From NCBI GenBank assembly GCA_965655095.1, contig OZ296650.1, positions 35,340,001 through 35,404,000 of the forward strand: DNA of 64,000 bases, in the 5' to 3' direction. A program made the position numbers and the translations under genes. How positions within the stretch are numbered: the first letter of the stretch is position 1; every line of letters starts with the position of its first letter. The notes beneath the pieces were generated by a model. It ran no database searches and was not told the DNA's origin. It was given only the letters and a program-made list of their open reading frames with translations. Shown in pieces: positions 39,601 to 52,880 of the stretch. The DNA is from Haplodiscus bocki (Eukaryota).

Positions 39601-42600
39601 AATGTAGCAGCTTGAAATTGCTGTGTATTTTCCACTCATTGTCTAAGCGGTTCCATTTTGACTTCAGAGAATCCAAGCAAATATAATTTAGTTGCGCGAG
39701 TTTGATCAAAACAATCATACGAAATCCAAATTAAACACCTGACACTGCTTTATGGGACTTACTCCGGTTGGTTGTAGGTCATTAATTTCACAGAAACACC
39801 ACGGTGTGTCAGTTCACCAACTTATTTTTCTTCCAGTTCGAAAACCAAAAAAGAAAGGAGACGATTGCCAAACAACTCCCGCTTCATTTTGGGATATTTT
39901 CTGGAAACCAAATTAAGGAAAAAGGAGTTGGAAAAATGAAGGAAAGTTCAGTTCTAAATTTCCGCTCATTCTACTTTGTTTTCAAATAAAACTAAATTTC
40001 GCGTTTAAAAAATGATTCTACGAAAAACCTCCATTTATTCAGCGTCGTATGGTACCTTTTTCGCATTAGCAAAAAAACGCTTCAAAACTTGGCAATTCCG
40101 TTTATTTAACAGAACTAAAATTTGGCGAGACGGACAACTATATATTGGCATTCTAGGGAAAAATCTGAATAACTTGTAGAAAGAAAATTTTCGATGGTGT
40201 AATTTCTTCGTCCGTCAATTCACAAATTTTATGCAAAAAATCTGAAAGCTACTACAAACAATTCAATTCAACAGAAGCTAAAGGCAGCGAGTGAAAGGAT
40301 TTTTCAATCAAAAGCCAAGATTTTCGAAATAAAATACGATAATAAGCCCCCCAAAAATCAACCGCAGAAACTCAACGCCGGGTGTAACTGAGTCAGCGCT
40401 GGGTGGAGCCAATCCGAAAACAGGTCAAAGAGAAAAATTTTAGGGAATAACAATGTTGAAACAACTTCAATTTTTCAATTAAAGGATAAAATATTTCGCA
40501 ACAAAACTAAGAGGCACACCAAGCTACTCCGCAGAGTCATAGCCAGAGGTAGTCGAAGCAGCGCTGAAAGCGTCATTACGATCACTGGTGTTAGGCAAAA
40601 ACTCATTTCTACAAGAATGAAAGCCAAAGAATTTCGGCTTTATTCATGGGTCGTCAAATTCAATTCAAGACTTCAATTTGGAAAACTGTAAGTACAACTT
40701 CCAAGCGCAATGAAGGCGAGCTTCAATTTTCAATCATTTTGAAATACAGGTCAAAACTTTTCGCATGAAAGTCAAAAGCAGGCCTTCTAAGGTATTCTAA
40801 AAAATTCTAGGCTCCAACCGGTTGAATCAGAGCTCCATAAGCCTAACCCGGTTAGTACTGATGAAGAGCAAAAAGTTCAAGGAACAACAAAAGTAAAAAC
40901 AGCACAGATTTTCAGGTCCAAGTCAGGATTTTCAGCAGGTAAAAAAAGGCTCTCTGGGAAACTCCGCAGAAACTCTACACTGCAGGTAGTTGGAAAAGGC
41001 CAAAACCCGACACTGTTCTCGCTGATAAGCACTTGTAGTCAACAACGCAAGTAAAAACATATTTGATTTTTCAATTCAGGAGTTAGTAATATTTCGCTGT
41101 AAAAATCCACAAAGCACGGAGTTGAATTTTCTGTTTGAAAAAAGTGTTTTTTGATATATTCGCTGGTATGAAACATAAGAAAACACAGCTCATGCTGGTT
41201 TTCGAACCCATTGTTATCCATTATCTAGGGGGGTATCATGAAAAACAACGAAAAAGGTTCGATTTTTTGATTACAAGTCAAGATTTTGAGCTACAAAATT
41301 TTAGAGAAGGCGCTCTCCAATCTACTGCGCAGAATTCATTCCCGACAGGTGATTGAAACAACGCTGGATGGAATTAATAGGACCACAAGCGATTGAGAAA
41401 AAGATAAAAAGTGACCATCAAGACTTCTCATAGAAAAATTCCAGGCAGCGACTAGTTGAATCAGCACTGGATGGACCCAATCCGATCAGTAGTCGTCAAG
41501 ACAAAAACTTTTACCAATGGCGGCAAGTAAAAACATTCAATGATTCAAAAACAAGTTAGCTATCTCACGTAAAAGTGATAACCAGACAGCTCGTCAGATA
41601 ATCAATGCACTGCCTAGTGCAATCAGCAGTGGATGGACTCAATCCAATCAGTAGTCATTAAGAAGAACACTTTTACCCAATGACGGGAGCAAAAGCATTG
41701 TCCGATGTTTCTGAAAGAAGTTGGAAATGTTCACAAAGAAATTGAATAGACAACTTCGGCGGCTCATCAGAAATTCTAGTCAACGAACAAAGGAATCAAA
41801 ACTGGATGGACTCAATCCAAGCGGTAGTCGTTAAGAGATTACCGCTTTTAACGAAGCAAATAAAAAATTGCTGAATTCACAAGTCAAAAAGGTGGAAATT
41901 TCTGAAAGCGCTAATCCCTTCCACTCAATCAAAACGAGAAGACACGCGCGATAATCGGCCACGTGAAGAAAATTTTGACAGTAAATGAACCAGCTCTCTG
42001 GATGGACCGAATCCGACCATCAGTCATTCAGAAAGACACCTTTACCGTCAGATGCAACTAAAAACGCCGTCGATTTTCCAGTTACAGTTCAAAAATTTCA
42101 AATACGAGTCACCCATTTCATTTGAAACGAGAAAACAAGTTTGATATCAGGCCATGCGAAGAAAATTTTAAAAGGCAGCAACGCGGCATGAACAAATTTC
42201 CACCTTTAATTTGTCAGTGGACGCATATTTTGTAAGTTGGAGACGCAGGGAAAAAACGAAAGCCGTCATACACTTCGTTTCGCTTGTTCACTCGCGTAAT
42301 CAATTAGACACTTCTCTATGGATAACAGGATATTTCAAAGAACAATCTTATAACGTAGAAAGCACGATAGGGACGAAATACCAACCAATAGCCAGTCCAG
42401 AACTGTATGCAACAGCGGTGGCAACTCCATATAAGGAAACCTGCTCCTCAAAGCTGACAGATTTGATCTTTTGAATGCAGTTCTCCACGTTTGCCTTGGA
42501 GTATAAGCTTTTCCAACTGGTAGGTACAGACGAAATATAGGGAAAAACCTCTTCTAAGACTGGCGATAGTTTCCATTTTGTTGAAGACCTGCAATAAGAT

Positions 42601-43227
42601 TTGAAACTCTTTCAAACTAACATAAGAACAGCAAACGTAAAAAATTACAAAACATTCTGACAAAAATCCCTGGCGCCAAAACATAAACCATTAAATTCAA
42701 ATTTAGAGTTTGGCCAAAAGTTTCCGTTTTATTACTTTTCCTGATAATTTCGACTCCATCTACGGGACATTTTGTTTTGAGCAGTCAAGTTGATAAAATC
42801 TTGATAAAAGTTGATAAAGTACCAACAATAAAATCAAGAAGCGATCGTAATCTTCATTGTTGTGAAATACTGACGAACCTAAAGCCGCTACTTATCGCGG
42901 CAAAACTAAGTCTCATCTTACTGCATTTTAAAAGTCATCTAAACCATGAAAAAATCAACCGCTAACTTCCATAAATAAATTGACGAATTCACCTGTGCTT
43001 GGGCGCTGCTGAAACGAAGTCGATAAGTTCTTCCATGAGGAGTTTTCCATAGTTGATGGTAGGATCGGTTGCAAAAACAAGTCCTCGAAACCCCAATGTC
43101 TCCGTAATGAAAGGCAAAGCCAAAAGAGATCTGCAATTCGATACGAGAATGACGTCAATGCATGAGAAAGGAATCAAATTTGTCTCGGCCATTGCAAACT
43201 CGGGGTCTGCGTCCACAAACGGATAAT
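33608..43227 (-). CDS. INTS9: Integrator complex subunit 9 (5'-partial). Exons: 42993-43227, 42386-42588, 38474-38728, 37566-37844, 36963-37234, 36291-36726, 33608-33738
   Basis: The spliced translation follows INTS9 throughout: FVDADPEF..IDVILVSN..LALPFITE..GKLLMEEL; YSSGLAIG|SSNW; GGNVLIPCTPTG|VIYDLLECL; KVYLPEPPF; IIFTG|HPSLRFGPVVHFVELW; CPIDTRL; KPVLWGD; LRKNVRDSIIACLKKL-stop. Splice phases are consistent. The first ~70 aa were not found. Confidence 0.93.
35620..36070 (+). repeat. Dispersed composite repeat with a tRNA B-box-like segment and two ~120-bp tandem units
   Basis: GGTTCGAGTC at ~35718; TTTTCGATACC..GAAA..GGGTTCCCCT.CGAA..TTTTCGG..GTGAGAC.AAAATTTT..GAAAATCGTGATAC occurs twice (~35766 and ~35890). 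Confidence 0.6.
41340..42060 (+). repeat. Second array of the same ~165-bp family, inside an INTS9 intron
   Basis: TGAATCAGCACTGGATGGACCCAATCC variants near 41456, 41619, 41792, 41986. Confidence 0.7.
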
Positions 43228-44849
43228 CTAAGCACCGAAAGAAAATTCTAACTTTTTAATGATTATCTCAAGTTCCTGGACTGATGTCAACGTTGACATT
43301 CATTATCCCGCTTTTCAACAATCAGCTGATGGTTAAGCTATAAGATAAAACTCCTTTGCTATAAGTTTTGCTATCGGTTAATACCAGTTTAATATGGGTA
43401 TCACAAAAAATTCGGTACTTGGTTTTGAAAACTGTACAGGGATTCTTGGGATTTTGGTTTTGAGTTTCGGGATTCTTGTACCTAATATATTACGTTTTCG
43501 GGCTTTGGGTTGCCTTTTCCAGGACGGCCGACAGCCTAGGGCCCCATCACTAAACTGTGGATTTTGTTTGTACAGTTTCGCCGATTTCGACGACAGCGTT
43601 ATAAAAAAAAGCCAATCTAATAATCGGGAACTTTTTCTTCTTAAAAGCGCCAACTAAAAAACTAAGTACTGTTATAGTTGGGCTTTTGAATAAACGTAAT
43701 AATAACTAAAGTGCCGACTGAAAACTAAATAATATTCAAAGAACAACGAGAACTATCCTCTAATTATAGGTCAGAGAGTGGTCATTAGATTCCAGAGTGA
43801 AATAAAGCATTTCTGTCCGAGGTTCGGCACTAATTCCGAGGATTTCAAAGGACCATTCTCTATTTAATTTAGAACTCAACTGTGCTCCAATTCAAAGGAA
43901 TTCTGTTGTTTTAATGTCTTCTTAACTGATACCAGTCATTGTAAAATCTCGATCAGGATCATGTTTTATACTCCCCCTACCCTAGTACACCAATTCGTAG
44001 CAACAAAACAAAAATTTGACAGAAAAATTGAATTCTGTACAAAAATTGGATCGATTCGAAGTGAGCCTGTTGTCTTACTAGGAAAAAAAGTAGCTCTAAT
44101 AGTCGGCTCTTTTTTTCAAAGAGCCGATTAAAAATGAGGTGAGTGCCGAGTAAATTTTTTTCTCGCGTTGTAAGCGGAACGTGTGTCATTTTTCGCTTGG
44201 GAGCAAGCCTTTGTAACTTTTCAAGGCTCGGAATTTTCATGTATTGTGGGAATCCTTTATGTTTTTCAGGGAACTCAACTGAATTTATGTTTGCTGGTCT
44301 TGTGTCATTTGGTACGAAATGGATTGGAACTTTTCAATTCAAATATTTTGCGGAGAACCGTTTGTAAAGCCGAAGCAGAGATGTGTAGCAGATCGATTAA
44401 TCACAGATCAGAATAATTCGCCGATTATCACGGATCAGAATATTTGAGAAGTTTATTTCTCCAAGCGAAAGGATTCATTAATTAATCTGAAATCATAAAT
44501 GCATCAATGAGAAGCTTGGAGAGGAAAAGAAACGGAATCATTCGGTTCACACACACTTGCCCTTGAAGGTTTCAAAGAAGTTTACGCTGCATAAAAACAA
44601 GGTTCTATACATTTCACAAATATTTTTCATTAAAATTGCATGTTGTGCACTTTTTGTACGTTTTTTAAAAAACTTTTAGTCCTATTTCTGTCCGATGCTT
44701 GTTCAGCTCACTAAGAGAGCTTCCAGATCACATAGGTACTGCGCTGTGTTGTAAAATACTCCCATCCCCGGAAATTACAGAAAAAGGTGAAACAATTTTC
44801 AAAAATTTCGGAAGTCCCAAGCATACCTGCATCAAACTTTTTCCTAATA

Positions 44850-45900
44850 TGAAACTGTCGCGAACCCGATGTAAAACACCAACCTGTTCACGATTAAGGA
44901 ACACACATCATTATTGAAAAAACTAATAAGTTGGAGAGTATCGCAGAGCTTCACACATCTTGAGTGAATCGAGTAACGTTGTATCCTAACCTTTCTGGCA
45001 TTGTAATTAAGTGAGTTTTTACAACAGCTACCTATGTTACGCGAGGAATTAGAAAAACCAAATAAATTGTTCAACCACTTCTCACTATGCAAGTTATTAA
45101 TGGACAAACTTGAGAAGTTCATATACATATAACTCATACACGGATAAAATACCGTACATCATTAGCTCGTCCACTACACTAGAAAACCTCTTTTTGAACG
45201 TAATTAGCCTAGCTATTTTTCTTTGTAACTTCACAATAGGTAGTAAGCTAGTGTAGCTGCAGCAACCATAAATGAGTACACCAAATTGAATAGTTGCTGA
45301 ATGTTTGTTTTATAAAAAAGTATCATTTGACTTCGCGGCATACCATGTCGTAGTTCAGATACGATTCCCGATTGTTTTCCAAGCTTCTCGAGAACAACGT
45401 TTAAGTGTGTATTGAAACAAAGTTTAAAATCTGCATACACGCTCAAATATTTACACACTGGTTTACTCTCAATTTGTGTTCCATCAATTTCGAAAGTTAA
45501 GCCTATGTTACTGATAAGAGTCACCTGCACTCTCTTTTCAAAATTGAAGGCTAAGCGGTTAGTTTTTAACCAGTTTCCAATGAAGTCTAGGTCTGTTTGA
45601 ATCTTCTGTTGTTGTTTGTCAATAGCAGTAGTAGTAGTAGTAGTATAGTCTGCAGAGAAATATCTCCGAAAATTTACAGACTGACGGTAAATCATTCATG
45701 TAAATTAGAAACAACAATGGACCCAGAATCGAGCTCTGTGGAACCTCACACACCACTTCTCTCTTTGATGAAGTTGAATTATTTACTTCCACGTACAACT
45801 GACTGCGGCTTAATAAGTAATTTTCGAACCAATCATTACAAACACCCCGGTTTAATAAGTAATTTTCGAACCAATCATTACAAACACCCCTAACACCGTA
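44850..45900 (-). mobile_element. CR1/L2-type LINE, 5'-truncated decayed RT fragment
   Basis: [41 protein letters not shown] (YADD equivalent), WLKTNRLAFN, KYLSVY.D.KL.F. Confidence 0.85.
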
Positions 45901-46539
45901 AATATAGAGTTTATTCAGGAATTCGCCGATTATCACGGATGAGAATAAACTGCCGAATCGAATGAAAGCGTCAAGCAAGTTTGCAGCACTTCGAATGTTG
46001 AACAGAATTTCAGCATCAAATTTCCAGGATTGAACTGACCGAAGAAACTCTCACTGACTCAAAATTTCATCACAGTCATTTATCAGCATGACAAACGAGT
46101 TGATCTGAATATTGGTCACGAATATGCGATTACTTTTTATTCTGAGTCTAATTCAAATTGTCCTCAAGGAGATATATTGATTAAAATTACCATTCCTGGG
46201 GCAACTATTAGCCGTGTTTTAAAATCGATGAAGATAAAAAAGAAAATATCGTAGCGGTTTATTCTCAAAAAGCAAAAACCGTAACTATTCACGCAGCCGA
46301 AAAAGAAAATTCGGTCTCAAACAGACGAAAGCAAAAATGCCTCACACAGCTGAAAATAGGAAACAAAACACACACCCGGAAAAAAATAATCGGCAAAACT
46401 CAACATCTTACTAACTACTGCAAAATGATTCAATTTATGGGGTTGCCTGTCACCGGCAGTGTAAAATTTGTGCGCAAAATTCGGAACTACCTCGCCTTGC
46501 CTAAAAAGGTAAGCCCCATTTGCCAGCGCAATCGCGCAT

Positions 46540-46760
46540 TTAAACCTGATTGACCACCAGTTTTTAAATTTTTCATTTCTTGCGTCAAGACCAAAACCCC
46601 AGTAAGATGAGAATTTTAACGCCCCGCCCCTATGTCGAAGCTCTTCTCTGATTGACCAAAAATCACTCGCACGAGTTAAACCACTACGTCGTTTATAAAT
46701 TGCCATATCCATTACGGTGCGGGGAATTATATACGTGGGGGAGGAACAGAAACGCACCAA
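46540..46760 (+). promoter_or_regulatory. Putative RNA Pol II promoter cluster
   Basis: CTGATTGACC twice (46546, 46648; CCAAT-like), GC box GCCCCGCCCC (46621), TATAAAT (46694). Confidence 0.4.
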
Positions 46761-47499
46761 TTTCATTTTTTTTGTGAGAAAACTGAACATTTAGCAAACT
46801 TTCGTTTTCTTCGTGAAAATTTGAATGCCTTTTTTCCTTTGCAGCACTTTTGAAGCAACTGTGCTAAATGGTGAAAGCCCCATTTAGGTTCAGTTATTAG
46901 AGACAATTGTATATACAGCTACATTATCTATTTTCGAAACACAAGTCTTTTTTCTGTTAGAACGGTTTTGTTTTGTTCTGTTCTTTAAATAAGATCCCCC
47001 CTTTCAAGTAGATCGTTAGAATTTTCGATGCCTTGATGTTAGATGCCCATTGACTTCGGTCAGAAGCAGGAGTGAAAATCAGAAGCAGAAGCAAGTCAGC
47101 AAATCTCACAGATTTTAAGTTTGAATGTTGTTTCAGCTTTCAAATGTTCTTTCAAACTAAAAGAAAGACATTGCGAGAAAAATCACGAAAATGGGAAAAA
47201 AATGTTTGCCAATCATCAAAATAATTTGAGAAATCGTTTTGTCAACGCTATTGTCAAATTTCGCAGATATAATTATGTCAGCAAACAAACCGTGACAATT
47301 CAAGTTTGCAAGATCAAAATTTTTTCAAAGGTCGCGTTCGAAAGCAAAAAAACATAAAGTGTCCCATTGAATTTCGCCTTGAAAGCTGAAGCTCAAAGGT
47401 ATTCAGAGTTTTCCTTTTCGTGCTTTTTCTGACGCAGCGTCTTGACGGTGCAGGTTTCATCAGCTTTTGAAAGTCTTAAAAGAAATTCGAGTCTTTTAG

Positions 47500-49940
47500 C
47501 TGTAAAATGAAGTTGAAAAGGTGCCTGATAGTAATCAGTTGCACCATCTTGGCACCAGTTTGCACTCTTGCAAAGAAAAAGGGTGGCGAGGGCGCAGCTC
47601 GTTGTGCTGTAGCAACGTATCTGCTTATAAAGGAAAAAACAAATGGGTTGCATCAACGTCTCTTCATTCCTGATTCAATGTCAATAAAAGGAGTCACAAA
47701 AATAATCTTTCATGAGCATGTTTGCAGTGATCATAGGGGCAAAGGTAAGCTTGGCCTGTCACAATTATTGTAATCGCAGAATTTTTTTACAGAATCATTC
47801 GCTAAGTGTGGTAGGCCAAGAAACAACGTGTAGTTAGTGAAAAACAGTCACAGATATTCACAAGTGAACCGAAAGAAAAATTGGTTCTTTTTAATTCGAA
47901 ACTATTTAATTGTATTCTACATTAAACAACAACTTGTTAAAACACAGGTAAGAGTAGCTTGCTGGAGAATTTGTTTGTTTCAAGTTTGAACTGGAAAGAT
48001 AAAGGTTAACAAAAGCTGTCCGAAAATAGGGTAGGAACTGGTAAAGGAAGGCGGTTAAGGATTTTAGACATTTGAATTGTTGGCTTTTTTCTTGTTTTTT
48101 GTTACATCAAAACAAAAGTTGGACACTCTGAATAACTGGGAGGCTCCTCAAAGTCGAAAAAAATGCGCTTTTCGAGATGACTGAATAAAACTGCTCAAGG
48201 AGGCTAGAGAGTGACAAGATTGGGAGTTCAAAAAATAAATGTAACAAGACAGTAACAAAAAAAGAATCTAAAAGTTGGAGGACGAGTTAAAGCAGCACCC
48301 TCGTTCAATTGAATGCGAATTACATCATATGTGCAGTTGTCTTGGAAGCAGGTACATTTATAACGGAAAGGAAAACCAAAGATATTACGCAAGTTGAGTT
48401 TAAATGCTATGAATATCAAGCTATGAAAATGAAGCAGAAATGATACTGAGCTTCGCAAGAAATTGAGATAGAAAGATAGAAAGAAAATCGCAGTAAAGTA
48501 CCGAGTGGAAAACGCAGAAAAAAGTGGAAAATGACGAAAAGGTCAAAAATCGAACGTCCCAATTGTATGACAAATGTCAAACTACATGATCCTTGATGAA
48601 GCATTTCTTTTCAGAAAAAAGGGAGGCTACTATGTATGAAACCATTATTACCGAGGTGAATGCAGGTGAATTAGATGGAATTGTTTTGAAAGACAAACGA
48701 GAGGCAGATCAGTGGAGGATGCGATTGGTATTACTAACGGTGGAAGACGGCCGATCGATGTATGATATTTATAAAGTGCCGACCGAGCAACAAATGGAGC
48801 AATATCTGCAACCCACGCATTACGCAACAAACGAACATGTAAAATATATGGCCACTTCCAAAAAGTATGCGAGCGTTTGCGATGCTCAAATTTACGCGTG
48901 AGCTACAGACTGTGGGCTCGAAGTTAGTAATTTTATGTTAGGTAATGCAGTGTTACTTGAAATCTGTAGGAAGACATGTATAACCTAAATTTCGAAAAAT
49001 AAGTATACAATTGTCCGTATTGCTTTTGGGGCTATCACCAGGGCGATGCAGAGGAAAGTGCGGCACTGGTGTCAGGGACTGTGAGAATGCAGAAATGTGC
49101 TGAAGTGAGCTTCAAGTAAGTGCCCATGGTTGACAAGAGTGATACAAACAGATTGATGGGTTTAGAAAATCTCGCAGTACTCCAATGTGGAGGAGACTTC
49201 ACTGAAGAGGGTCGACTCCGCTGGTTCTCCAGTGCTTATTTTCCGTTGAGTGGAAAGAAAAGTGGTCGGTAATTTGGAACGACTGAAAGTAGAGTAAGTT
49301 TTTTTTGGTTTCCGTAATTACTAAAAATTATTTTGACACGGAATCTCTCCGTCAGCTAAGAACAGCAGTCAAACAGCGGATGAAAGATCCCGGATTCAAA
49401 GAATATTCACGAAAGGTCTTCGGTTATTCTGCTAACGATTAGAGATAGAGATGAGGACTGTGCAAGATTCGTCAACTATTCATATGGCATGGGCGGCATA
49501 GAAAAAACTGTTGTTTGTACTTAGGATGCTCGGAACAGTCTGCTGGTTAGGATGGCACAAACATACTAACCCATCCTATGGGTCTATTGGCATTATGAAA
49601 AAGGGAAAAGCTGGTTACAGTACTCAGCGGACGGAAGAGGGCCAGCTAGCTTGGTAGCCTTCCTGTTCCAATGTGCTCATTCTCGAAAATACAAAATGTC
49701 TCATTGCGAGGTGATTGAAAGTTGGTCTATCGGAAGTTGAGAATACTTTCATTTAGAAATTACAGGCTCCACCGGTTCGAGGAGATACCATCAGAGCGAT
49801 GAAGAGGTAGGTTATAAGTTTGTGGCTTCCAAACTAAGATTCGTGTACTTAGCGGAGATGAAACACATGAAGACTCAGGAGCATCTTCATGCTAATTAGC
49901 CAAGAAGGCAAGGCTTTATTAGCAAGAAACATCAAATAAC
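47500..49940 (+). pseudogene. Decayed, probably intron-containing gene of unknown function
   Basis: ORF 48593-48901 and neighbouring interrupted frames; donors GTAAG at ~47746, 47948, 49294; acceptor TTCTTTTCAG ~48614; AATAAA at 50232. Only weak motif resemblance (OTU-like helix; CARFVNYS). Confidence 0.35.
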
Positions 49941-50299
49941 ATATCCGTTTTTGTAATGAGGAAATTATTAAAACTTGGAAGAAATTTGCTAAATTTACAA
50001 AGTTTTTGGCAGTCAGAGTCATGTAAAAGCCTGAAACAGAGAATTACACTGATGCCTCAGTACATTAAATGTAAAACACTGCGTGTAAGCATCGATGTTC
50101 AGTCCTAGAAGGGAAAACTTAGTTTTTGTGTGAAACTTTGAATTGAGAGGATTGTTCAAGAGGAGCGTAGTGGAGCGAGATGAAAAAAATTTCGTCTACA
50201 AATCGTGTTTAAGGTATGGAATCAAATCAATAATAAAAAACAACGCCTAGTAAATCAAATACAGGTCGCAAAAAGTAGTTGACTTTGACAAATGTCTGT

Positions 50300-51775
50300 T
50301 TGGAGTTTAATTCCAAAATATGGGAGAGGGAAGCTAACTTAAGTCGAGTTATATTGCTCGTAAAAGCGTGGTTGCTAGCTGGAACGGCAGTCGGATGCTA
50401 AGTGCCATGCTGTGCTAGCAGCTCAACTAGAAAATTGTAAATGTCAAGCCTGAGTTCGAAAAAAAACTTTGAAGAGGGAAAAAACAGTTGGGCAATGTAA
50501 ACCATAATAGCCACAACCAAAATTAGGAAGAACCATTTTTTTGAATATGGTGGCGTTCCAAGTGTTGCTTCACAATTCAGTTCCAGTGTTTCGCGGGCAG
50601 GTTTGTCACAACACTGTCTTTCCCTCCCTAAATACTAAATAAATTTATTGTTTTGTTGATCAAAGAAAGTGACTGATGAGACTGGTGGAAAATTAGTTAA
50701 TGACAATTCCAGTATTTCCTGAAGCTCATGATAGCAACAAGCTCTCACAGCTAAATCCTTTCCTGTAGATAAATCCGAGGACACATAGTGGCAGCTGTTC
50801 AGATATTAGACTAGGAAAAGCTAAAATTCGGTTAGATACTAGTAATAAGGACTGCATTTACATCATCCCAAGATGATAAACGGTTCTTCATATTTATGCG
50901 AAGAGTAGTGAGATCTGAACATTTTTGCCACCTCAAAAATTCAGGTGGTGTCCGCTGCTGTAATATATCACCAAGAAATATCGTACTAGAAAAACTTGTC
51001 GGGCTAAATGGGTCTCTTAAAGGAGCCCGTCTAAGTTCTGCACGACTGCATTCAAATGACTCAAAACTTGCTAGAAGCTTGTCAGCATTAAACCTAGTTA
51101 AATCACTTTGCGCGGCACTGGAAAATAGTTCAAAGGGTATAGACTGCAGTAGAGTTCGCTCTCGTTTATATCCAGCTCAGATTATTATCTTGGATGCAAC
51201 TGTGTTGTCAAGTTGCGTAGTAGAGGCTGTTTGTCAGTTGGTATTGCCACTACCAGGAGTCTTTACTCCTTTTCAACAATTCGGAAAGGCAACCCATAGC
51301 GTTTTAGTATTGTTAAGGTTTCACTAGGCAAAAGGTCATCTGAGCTAACAAAAAACCGAAAATCTTGTGCAGAACGGAAGATCGCTCTGGCGACGGTGCC
51401 TCGGTAAATTCGTTTTCCACAGGATTAGGCAGCTCCACAGGAGCTTGCCGCTGCCACAACAGGTGGGGGTAGACGAGTCGGATCAGCTGCCAGTCCGACA
51501 GTTAGGGGTGCTGGAGCGACCGGAAATATAATAACACCAGTTTCAGGAGGCGGATCTCAAGTCACATTTTATGTTGCATCCACTCAAGTGTGAGGTTCCA
51601 CCAAGGACGGAATGCTGTCATCAAACAGCGTTGGTTCATCGCGAAACTGGTCCAACGAATAACCTCCAAAGGTGTCAAAAAATACGACACTGAGGTCATC
51701 AACTCGACTTTCCAGCGTTACAGTTCGTAACCTAATATGGTGGACAAAATGAGTGTAATTATTACCCACTTTTCG
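50300..51775 (-). mobile_element. Ty3/Gypsy pol remnant (integrase C-terminal region plus Pro/Ala-rich tail)
   Basis: FIIRKVGNNYTHFVHHIRLR matches the post-integrase Y/F-x-I...VH-x-x-RL motif of Gypsy pol; it is followed by DPPPETG..PVAPAP..PPPVVAAA with stops. The left boundary is approximate. Confidence 0.6.
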
Positions 51776-52443
51776 AATGATAAACAGCATTTGTCGAATT
51801 TTTTTTCAAAACGGGAAAGTGGGAGTCAAATCGGGTAAGATTCACTCGTCACCTCAGATGGAGTGTCTATAAACTACAAGGCAAAAAGAAAAAACAGCTG
51901 AAGAGTAGGCTTCAGTTTTGCAAGCGTACTAACCACGGTAGTTCTGGTACATTTCAGCCAATTTCAGCTTCGTTTCGCAAATAGTTATCGTTCTTGCATT
52001 CTTCAAACAACAAATCAACAGCTAGAAAATATCTCGATCATGCTATTGCTAAATTTTTTTTCGAGTCCCCATGTTTTGTTATTTTTGTATTTTTTTGAGC
52101 GTTCTCATTCTGATTTGCTTCAGAACTTGTTTTTCTTTGTCACGGACGTTTTATCAATTCTGTTTTATTTTCTTTTTCGTGAGAACGTAAAGACTCAACT
52201 TTAAAACCCAAAAACTATAGATAACTGATCCCAAACTTAGTTTAGAATTATGGTTCACACTCAAAACCTTCACATTTGTGAAGTTATGTTGAACAATTTT
52301 CTAAGTATTATGAAAGTGATTAACTCAGTTCGACTACGTACGGCAATTTTTGATGGGGTATTCCATGTAAAAACTTTTATATTCAAGTAGAAGATTGTAT
52401 TCAAGTGCTTTGAATATTATTTCTGTTTCATTTGTTGTTTGAA

Positions 52444-52880
52444 ATGAGAAGGCGAGAAACACGACTGGTTGACGTTGACAGGAACAACCACTTAAATTTC
52501 TTAGAAAAGGATCCGACCGATATTGAAGTGCAAGAGACGGAGTTTGCCGAGAAAGGGTTGTTCGCGAGAAGGAAATTCACCAAAAGGGAATTCATTGTGA
52601 ACTACCGTGGTGTCACAAAAGACACTTCAAACTCTGAAAATGTTTACGTTTTTGACACTGGAAAACCAGACCATACTGTGATTGATGCCAGCAATTATCC
52701 TGGAGCTTGTGGGAGGTACATTAATGACATCGACCCAGCACATAGCAAGAATTGTTTTCCCGAAAAGTTTTTCTCAAAAGCCAAACAAATTGGAATCCAG
52801 TTCACAATAAATCGAACTGTCGACGAGGGTGAAGAATTTCGGCATGACTATGGCCTAAAGAATGCTCCTTGGCGGAAACT
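52444..52880 (+). CDS. SET (PR-Set7/KMT5A-like) lysine methyltransferase domain, N-terminal part of the YR fusion
   Basis: Canonical SET motifs I (KGLFA), II (NYRG), III (GRYIND, equivalent to RFINH) and IV (EEFRHDYG) in an open frame. Confidence 0.85.

Noticed and set aside
44101-44130. Rho-independent terminator-like hairpin
   Set aside because: Eukaryotic DNA, no downstream U-tract, no associated gene
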